A stretch of 64,000 nt of DNA from Octopus vulgaris (lineage: Eukaryota), in NCBI GenBank assembly GCA_951406725.2, contig OX597833.1, forward strand, positions 40,176,001 to 40,240,000, given 5' to 3'. Below are positions 55,198 to 64,000 of the stretch, piece after piece. Within the stretch, counting starts at the first letter, position 1; the number at the start of each line of letters is the position of its first letter. A program made the translations under genes and the position numbers. The notes beneath the pieces were generated by a model. That model made no database searches. It worked only from the letters and a program-made list of their open reading frames with translations, and was not told the origin of the DNA.

Positions 55198-55430
55198 TAT
55201 TTCTTTACTACCCACAAGGGGCTAAGCACAGAGGAAACAAACAAGGACAGACAAACGGATTAAGTCGATTATATCGACCCCTGTGCATAACTGGTACTTA
55301 TTTAATCGACCCCGAAAGGATGAAAGGTAAAGTCGACCTCGGCAGAATTTGAACTCAGAACATAGCGGCAGACGAAATACCGCAAAGCATTTTGCCCGAC
55401 ATGCTAACATTTCTGCCAGCTTGCTGCCTT
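55198..55430 (-). mobile_element. Family E SINE with 16-bp TSD, inside a ~23-bp minisatellite
   Basis: ctccaaatccaatacc at 55182-55197 and 55431-55446. Confidence 0.9.
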
Positions 55431-55665
55431 CTCCAAATCCAATACCATAACACCTCCTACTCCAGTACCATCACTGCCCATCACCACAACTGTCTTTCTC
55501 TGCATCATGCCCATCAGACAATGACCACCACTATCAAAAGACAAGCTCCATGAAGCCATTTCTATCATCATAAAACTATACCAACAACACCAGAGTTATC
55601 ACTACTGCCATCGTTCCCACATAATTGTTTGACCTGAGTAAAAATAGCAGCTAAATCTACCTTAA

Positions 55666-56092
55666 CCCTTTAACCTTTAAACCAGCCATATCTGGTCAAA
55701 ATATTCTATTTGTTTTATGTTCAAACTGGCCAAATTTGGCCTCACATACCTATCCTAAAAAGCCATTGTCAAAATAAACAATCACATTATTGTAATTACA
55801 GAGCTAGAAGATGAAGCATGATTATCTCAAAAGTAATGTGAATAAATAAGCATTACATTTGACAGAATAATCTGAATGCTAAAGGGTTAACCTTTTAACG
55901 TTTGAACTGGCTATATCTGGCCAAATTATTGTACCGATTTTAATTTCAAACTGATCAGATCCAGCATCTCACACCTACCCTACAATGTCATTCTAAAAAT
56001 AAACAATCACATTATTGAAATTTTAAAGGTACAAGATAATGTGTGATTAATTCAAAACATTGTTAATAAATGAGCATTACGTTTGACAGAGG
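55666..56092. mobile_element. Two tandem piggyBac-type MITEs (55666-55886, 55891-56092)
   Basis: TTAA at 55662, 55887 and 56093; ccctttaac / gctaaaggg ends; homologous bodies. Confidence 0.85.
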
Positions 56093-56957
56093 TTAAATCA
56101 TAGCTCACTATCTTAGAAAAAGATATACTGGTTAGTGTGGTCCTAGATTCCCTGCTCATTGAAAAAGAACAGGATTGGATAGGACAGTTATGGCTAGAAT
56201 GCTTCTGAATTTATGTCTGTCTGTTCAAAATTGACCAGTGGCTAAACACCACCACTACCAGCACATTACCATCATGCTTATCAGGGTATTACATTGTGCT
56301 TGATCCTCAGTCCATATACATAAGACCTTTTCTATTTTATGCTTCAGATTAGATCTATGAAAAAAAATAAGGTTCTAGCAGTGAACAGAGTAACTTCTTA
56401 AATACTTGTCTTAATTCTCTCTGTATATATTTTGTCATGTAGTGTTCTTATTGTAGATTTCACAGGCTATAATGTTTTGGCAATGTGGCTGATTTTTTTC
56501 TTCCATATCAAATCTTTTAAAAATATCCAGTGCAATCCTTTTAATGGTTCCTTTTTGCACAACTGCCTTCAGTTCCAGCTGATGGCTCCTTTTCTAGTAT
56601 CTTGAATTGTAGGTATATTCAACAGTGGTATTGATCAGCAATTATCCACAGCAAATATGTAGTAAATAAAATAAAACTGGAAAGAAATATTTTATGAAAG
56701 CCAAAAATGGTTGCCTTATTTCCATGGAATGGAAATGAATGACTAAGAGCTTTTTTTAAATAATGGTTTACAAACACTTCTGTCCTGCTATAGAAAGGTG
56801 AGAAGATGAAAGGGTGAAGGAGTGAAATAAGAAGAAGTACTGTATGATTACAGTAAGTTGAAAAGTTACAAGGTTCACAGACATTTTGCCCCTTGCATCT
56901 CTGACTTAAGCCATAAGAACTCCACAGATACAAATGTAAGTAACGTGCAGACTTTTG

Positions 56958-58155
56958 CATGGCTGTGTGGTGAGAAGTTTGCTTCTCTATTACATGGTCC
57001 CAGGTTCAATCCCACTGCATGACATCTTAAGCAACTGTCTTCTGCTATAGCCTGAGGCTATCCAAAGTTGTGTGAGTGGATTTGGTAAATGAATGAAGTC
57101 CGTCATATAAATATATATATCAGTAGCTTGCTTACCAATCACATGGTTCTGGTTTCAGTCCCACTGTATGGCACCTTGGGTAGGTGTCTTCTACTATAGC
57201 CAGAAGGGAATGGGTGAAGAAAAAGTTCTTTCTAAGATAGGAGAGTGTAAGAGAAGGAGGTATGTGTGTGAATGTGTGGGTATGTGCATGCACGCAAGTC
57301 TGTGTGTGTGTGTATGAGTAATAGCATGTGTGTGTGTGTTGTGTGTGTGATGTGTGTGCGCATGTGTGTGTGCGTGTATGTGCATGTGTGTATGTGCCCA
57401 TGTATGTGTAATTGTGTGTGTGTATATATGAGTGTGTGTTGTGTGTGTGTGTGTGTATGTGTGTGCATGTGTATGTCTGTGCACATGTGCATGCATGTGA
57501 GTGTATGTGCGTGTGGACATGTGTGTGTATGTGTTTGTATATGTGTGTATGCACTTGTGTGTGTGTGTGCGTGTGTGTGTATGTACGGGTGTATGTATGT
57601 ACGTGTGTATGTGTGTGTGCGTTTGTGTATGTGTGTTTGTGTGCACTCATGTATGTGTGTGTGCATGTGTGTGTGTGATTGTGTGTCTGTGCTTGCCCCC
57701 CACCACCACCACCACTTTACAACTGATGCTGGTGTGTTTACATCCCCGTAACTTAGCATTTCGGCAAAAGAAACCAATTGAATAAGTACTAGGCTTACAA
57801 AGAATAGGTCCTGGGGTCAATTTGCTCGACTAAAGGCAGTGTTCCAGCATGGCCACAGTTAAATGACTGAAACAAATAAGAGAATAAAAGAATGTCTGTA
57901 TGAATATTGTAGATATGTATGTGTGCATGTGCATGTGTGTGTGTCTTTGTGTTTGCATTTATTCCCCACTACCAATTGATAACTGATGCTGATATGTTTG
58001 TGTCCCTGCAACTTAGTAGTTCAGCAAAAAGCAACCAACAAAATAAGTTCCAGGCTTTAAAAAAATAAGTACTGAGGTCATTTCATTTGACAAACATTCT
58101 TCAAGACAATGCCCCATCATGGCTGCAGTCTAATGAATGAAACAAAAGAATAAAA
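56958..58155 (+). mobile_element. Cluster of family B fragments (56958-57105, 57122-57200, 57680-57892, 57935-58155) around a (TG)n tract
   Basis: Homology to the B halves. Confidence 0.75.
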
Positions 58156-58712
58156 TGTGTTGTCATACAACATAAGTAGCAGCAGACATAGCTTTCATAC
58201 TGATATTATTATTGTTGTTGCCAGTGGTTATTCAAAAGTTGATTGGTTGTTGGTGGTGTTGTTGTTGTTGTTGTTGTTGTTGGTGGTGGTGGTGATGGTG
58301 GTGGTGGTGGTGGTGGTGGTGGTGGTGGTTTTGATGGTGGTGATAGTTTTGACACTGATAATGGAGGGTGGTATTGTTAGTGGTAGTAGTGGCCATATTT
58401 TTCTTGTTAATCGTATCGTTGTTGCTGTCCAGTTTCAAATCAATCTCCATTGACCTAAGTTCAAAAACATTTCACTGAACTTTGAAATACACTACTTCCA
58501 CATTAGTTCATATCATTATCTTTATTCTAGATAGAATTGCCTATCTTGTTCATACTACTGTTGCTGTTGTTGGTGATGATCATTAAGAAGTGAGGTGGTT
58601 GGCAATGATAGTAATTGCATAGGTTTTTTTTTTGTGTTGATTATATTTGTATTAGGGCTGCTGTTAAACAGTGCAGATGGTGGAAATTGATTTATGTGTG
58701 TGTGTGTGTGTT

Positions 58713-58750
<38 letters not shown>

Positions 58751-58788
58751 TATGTATATGTGTATGTGTGTGTGTATGTATGTATGTA

Positions 58789-58838
<50 letters not shown>

Positions 58839-59189
58839 TATATATATATATATTAGTCATAAAATACAGTGTACATTTAAACACATGAGGAATCCACTTG
58901 TGGGATTCAACATGCTAGAAAGAACAGCTAGGTTCCATAATCACTAAATTGGGGATAAAATTCGACAAGAACGAAATGAAAAAATAAAATCATTTTACCA
59001 TCTAGTTTCCTGGACCAATTGGTTTCTAATTTTACTTTAGCAAGTACAATAACATATACTCGCTAGGTGAAATCGTCATCAGCAGGAACACCTATATCAT
59101 CATCATCATCAGCATCATCATTTGACATCCATTTCTCATTTCTCATTTACACATCCATTTCTCATTTACACATATAAATGTGCATATAT

Positions 59190-59580
59190 TGTCATCATCA
59201 TTTAACATCCGGTTTCCCATGTTGGCATGTGTTGGACAGTTTGGCAGTAGCTGAGTAATCAGAAGACTGTGCCAAATTCTCTCTCTGTTTTGGCATGGTT
59301 TCTATGGCTGGATGTCCTTCCTAATGTGTGTTTGTGTATTCATATACATACCTGAGTGTGAGTGTGTATGTATGCATACCTATCTTTTATATGGGCATTG
59401 GTTGGACAGTTTCATCAGATCCAACAGGCATTTCAGGACAGCATCGTGATCCTGTTCCTGCCTTGGCATGGTTTCTAAATTCGGATGCTCTTCCTAACAT
59501 CAACCACTTTACACAACAAACTAGGTGCTTTGTTTGTTGCTTCAGTACTAGTAAAGTCACCATGAAGCTTGCGAGACTGA
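59190..59580 (-). mobile_element. Two old family A-like ends
   Basis: catggtttcta..ggatg..cttcctaa motifs at about 59295 and 59467. Confidence 0.6.
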
Positions 59581-60458
59581 GGTCCCCTCTGAGTGTGTGA
59601 AAGTACAATAGACATGGGTGTGGCTTTATGCTAGGAGATGAGAGGTTAAAGTTTGAGAGAAAGGATAAGACAGGTTTCTTATTGCGGAGGAACTTCATAA
59701 CTACTCACATTATAGAAGAAAGGGTGGACATAAGTGAGATGAAGCTAGGAAGGGAGACAACATAGTAGAAAATGAGGACCTAGGTGAGTAGAAGTGAGTG
59801 GAGACAATATAACAGAGAGTAGCTTAAGGTTTCAAGAGTGGATGGGGAGAGTGAGAAATGGTCGGAGATGAGAAATGGGGGAGGTGTTGAATATAATGAA
59901 TGAAGAGTGGTGTTGAGGGATGAGTGGTGTATGTTAGACTGAAGGTATGGAAGAGTAGTTGATGACTGTAGTGATTAGGTGGTATTGAAATATGGATTTA
60001 TTGAGTGGCAGATCTAAGATAGGAATGAACAATGATACTTATGAGCTGAGAGAAGGTAGGAGAGAGTAGGTGATGACTGGCAGTGCAGTAAAGAGTAGCT
60101 AAATAGTAACAATAGTACAGCAGACAGGAAGTGCAAGTGCGAAAAATCAGGATGGCATATGGGCTGGTAGCTTGCAGGAGAGTGAGAGGAGAGGCAGATG
60201 TGTTACATGAGGAAAGTGAAAGACATATGGTAGTTGAGAAGGAGATAAGGAGAGATAGTTACACAGAAGAGTAATCAATGTAAAATGTGGATGGAGATTG
60301 ACAGTATTAAGAATGAAGGATAGATATCAAATGAAATAGTTCTAGATAATGGTGTGTGTGTGTACACGTATATATATATATATATATATATCAAGAACAA
60401 TCTTACTTATAAAGGGATGCGTGCATTCCGTCATATAATATATATATATATATATATA

Positions 60459-60559
60459 AAAACATATGCATATATATATACATATATGTACGTACCTACC
60501 TCTACATGTATATATACATGTAGAGGTAGGTACGTACATATATGTATATATATATGCAT

Positions 60560-60566
<7 letters not shown>
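60459..60566. repeat. Perfect 108-bp palindrome
   Basis: Centre between 60512 and 60513; includes gtacgtacctacctctac / gtagaggtaggtacgtac. Confidence 0.95.
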
Positions 60567-60600
<34 letters not shown>

Positions 60601-60935
60601 ACATGCACACACATGAACTCGTCACCACTTACCCATGCACCCATACACTTATATATACTCACATATACACTTGATGGATTAAATATGATAAATACATCTC
60701 AATACATAAGAGAGTATGTATGTATATGTTTTAGCTAGTAAGTGTCATAAGTGACTCAAGAGCTGGGAGTTTCGTACATAGCACTTATCAAGCTATAAAA
60801 TATAACAAAAGATGAAAGAGCCTAGACAAGTGGCCAATATGTTGTGCAGAAAAACCATCCAACCTAAGTTAGTATGGAAAATATGTGACTCACTAAAACA
60901 ACGATGATGATGATGATGACGACGACGACGATGTC

Positions 60936-60966
<31 letters not shown>

Positions 60967-61442
60967 CTGTCCAGTAAAATATTATTCATGCTCATTTTTT
61001 TTATCATTTTGTAAATTTTCCCCAAAATCTCTAAAATGTTTTAGAAATCTGTTTAGAAAAAAAACAAAAAAAAAGAAAGCTCTTTTCATTTCAAATTATA
61101 GTTTTAGGGGAGTTTTTTTTTTTTTGCAAATAAATTCTTTTCTTTTTTTTTAATCATCTTTCTTCTGTTTAAAACTCTTTTATAATAATATTGTATTATT
61201 ATTTTTTTTAAAGTTTATTCCACTCTTCAATTCAAAACTCTTTAATGATTGGGTTTCAATCAAATTTACTCTTTTTTTTTTAAACAGACACTTCTTTTTT
61301 TTTGGTAGCCAAAATCCCCCTCACTGATATAATAGTTAATTTTTATACCACCATTTTTATTCTCCTTTGGTTTTCCTTCTAATAGAATGATTTACATTTT
61401 TTTCTTTTTCTTTCATTTTTGAGCTAAAACTAATTATTTATT

Positions 61443-61718
61443 TAGGCACAAGGCATGGCTGTGTGGTAAGAAGTTTGCTTTACAACCACATGGTTCTGGA
61501 TTCAGTCCCACTGCATCATACCTTGGGCAAGTATCTTCTAAAATAGCCTCCAGCTGATCAAAGCCTTGTGAGCAAATTTGATAGACGGAAACTGAAAGAA
61601 GCGTGTCATATATACATGTATTGTGTATGTACATGTGTGTGTGTGTGTGCCACCTCCACATGGCAACTGGTGTTGATGTGTTTATGTCCCTCTAACGTAG
61701 CAGTTCAGCAAACGAGAC
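61443..61718 (+). mobile_element. Family B SINE, 3'-truncated
   Basis: Stops at gagactg where the inverted duplication begins. Confidence 0.8.
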
Positions 61719-61904
61719 TGTTATGTATTGAGATGTATTTATCATATTTAATCCATCAAGTGTATATGTGAGTATATATAAGTGTATGGGTGCATTGATG
61801 AGTGGTGACGAGTTCATGTGTGTGTACGTTTGAATATATATATACATGGCTGCAAAGAGAGCTTCTTAACCACAGTGATGTCTGCACCTAATTATATTCA
61901 TATT

Positions 61905-62055
61905 CTAGCTTTGCATTCTGAATTCAAATTCCACTAAGAATGGCTTTGTTATTCATTGTTTCATGGTCAAAAAATTAAGTTACGGTCAATGGTCAATATA
62001 ATTGACTAACCCCCTCTTCCAAAATTTCAGGCCTTGTGCCTATATTAGAAAGGAT
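61905..62055 (+). mobile_element. Degenerate family E SINE
   Basis: ttctgaattcaaattcc..aaatttcaggccttgtgcc. Confidence 0.65.
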
Positions 62056-62544
62056 TATTAGAAAATTTAAGACAAAGCTAAGTGTTTCAAAGTTATGTTC
62101 AAACCACAGAAACTCAAGAAAAATGAGATTAAATAGAAGTGAACTGAGATGAATTAAACATCAAATACTTTGTCCCTAACAGAAACTTCTAGAATTCTTT
62201 TGCTCAGAAGAAGAATCCCTTTGTTGTCAACAAAGATAATAGCAACCTAAATTTTTTCCACCCTATCTCAGTTCTGACTATTATTCTCTTAGAACTTTTC
62301 CCTTTACTGCCAATAAAGTCACCTGAATAACAGAAGCTATTAACTACTTCTACATTCTGTAGAGGCTTCTGAGAATTACAAGGGATTTATTTTAGTGGTG
62401 CCTTGAAGGTAAACTACTCTGGTACATCTACCATAGGTAAAGTTGCTATTTACCGTCGGCCAGCCTTTGATTTCACTACATCTCTTGCACATTCATTGTT
62501 CACATTGGGTTCATCACATAGAGTTTCTACTTACACATTCTCTA

Positions 62545-63237
62545 CATCGTCATCATTTAGCATCTGTTTTCCATGCTGGCATGGGTTAGATGGTTAGACA
62601 GGTAAGCTGGAGAGCTGTACCAGACTCCAGTCTGATCTGGCTTCATTTCTGCAGCTGAATCCCCATTCCCCTGGGTGGAGACACATGGTTAGATAGAGCA
62701 GTGGACTCGTGGTCGAGGGATTGTGTGTTCGAATCTCAGACCGGGTGATGTGTGTGTTTATGAGCGAAACACCTAAGCTCCATGCGGCTCCGGCAGAAGG
62801 TAATAGTGAACTTCTGCTGACTCTTTCACCACAACTTTTTCTCACTATTTCTTCCTGCATCTTGCAGCTCACCTGCGATGGACCAGCATCTCATCCAGGT
62901 GGGGAACCTATACGCCAAGGAAACCGGGAAACCGGCCCTTATGAGCCAGGCATGGCTCGAGAAGGAACAAATGAAGCTGAATCCCCTTCCTAACACCAAC
63001 CACTCCAAGAGTGTAGTGAATGCCTTTTACATGTCACCAGCATGGGTGTCTTTATGTGTCACTGGCACTGGCCATGACTACAGTTTCACTTGGCTTGACA
63101 TGTCTTCTCAAATATAACAAATTACCAAAGGTCTCAATCACTTGTCATCACCTCTGTGAGACTCAACAGCCAAAGATCATGTTTCACCATCTCATCCCAT
63201 GTCTTCCTGGGTTTACCTCTTCCACAAGTTCCCTGCA
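62545..63237 (-). mobile_element. RTE LINE 3' end (ORF tail plus short UTR) interrupted by a family C SINE
   Basis: Minus strand GTCGRGKPRKTWDEMVKHDL, homologous to 34560-34700. Confidence 0.85.
62665..62974 (+). mobile_element. Family C SINE with 12-bp TSD
   Basis: agctgaatcccc at 62653-62664 and 62975-62986. Confidence 0.88.
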
Positions 63238-63389
63238 TATTGAGCATAACTATTTCCCTATTGGTATCAGAGTCCTGTCTTCTTCCCTATGCACTAAAGG
63301 TTTAGCCTTTGTAAAGTTTAATCCAAAGCTTCTTGATTCTAGGTTTTAATAATTTTTTTTCCTTTACTTCTGGAAAATCTTACTTGGGA

Positions 63390-63780
63390 CAACAATTTTA
63401 GCTAAAATGCCTGTCAAAGCTATACATTTTTAGCTAAAACTGTATCAGAGTTTTGTGTTTAACTAAAAAATTCTAGAAAGTTCTAACATATGGCTATAAA
63501 CTCTGTCAAGGCCTTTCATTTAGTTAAAAGCTGTAACAGAACATTATGTTTAGCTAAAAACTTTATAAGGGTGTCTTCATTTAGTAAAACCTCCAGAGTG
63601 TTATGTTTAGCTAAAAGCATTAAAAAGCAATCCCTTTTAGTTTTTAGTTAAAATCTTTATCTGCCTTATGTTTAGCTAAAAGCTTTATTAGCCTGTATAT
63701 TTAACTAAACACTCTGAAAGAGACTTACTTATATTTAACTAAAAACTCTATTAAGTGTTTTCATTTTGTCCAAAACTCTA
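63390..63780. repeat. Degenerate ~30-bp-period array with palindromic TTTAGCTAAA core
   Basis: About 13 recurrences of ttta(g/a)(c/t)taaa with diverged intervening sequence. Confidence 0.8.
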
Positions 63781-64000
63781 CAATCAAAATTCTTTCATTG
63801 ATAATAGTTATTTATCAGTTTTAGATTTTGTTGTTCTGTTTGGTTTTTATTGTGATATTTCATATAGAACAAGTTAATGATTCATCTTCTAATTGATTCT
63901 ATTTCCCCAATCAAACCTCTTTCTGTACATAAATTCTGTTAAAAAATTTTTCTTGGTGGTTTCATCTAACAGAAAAAAAATTAAAATCTAAAGAAAGAGT

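Noticed and set aside
59600-60340. Purine-rich segment sharing gagagtaggtgatgactggcag with about 37856
   Set aside because: Probably an old repeat, but too degenerate to delimit or classify.

Overview
AT-rich, gene-poor eukaryotic intergenic or intronic DNA saturated with microsatellites ((TA)n, (TATG)n, (CA)n, (TCTA)n, (GGAT)n, (GAT/GGT)n) and short mobile-element relics. The repeat families look like those of octopus genomes (my inference, not confirmed by a search). I found no credible host protein-coding exon; almost all ORFs in the track are translations of simple repeats or SINEs. Supported elements: many 5'-truncated copies of an RTE LINE 3' end whose 3'UTR carries a variable array of ~60-bp hairpin units; at least three SINE families (tRNA-like heads in two); mariner, maT (DD37D), piggyBac-type, hAT-type and Helitron-like relics; and a decayed Penelope-like element (RT C-terminus plus GIY-YIG). 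The most striking signal is four distinct short repeat families, mostly beside or inside (TA)n tracts, that each carry a minimal type-I hammerhead ribozyme motif. Two occur as fold-back palindromes, one of them with hammerheads on both strands (32462-32785). Coordinates of degenerate repeats are approximate, read by eye.
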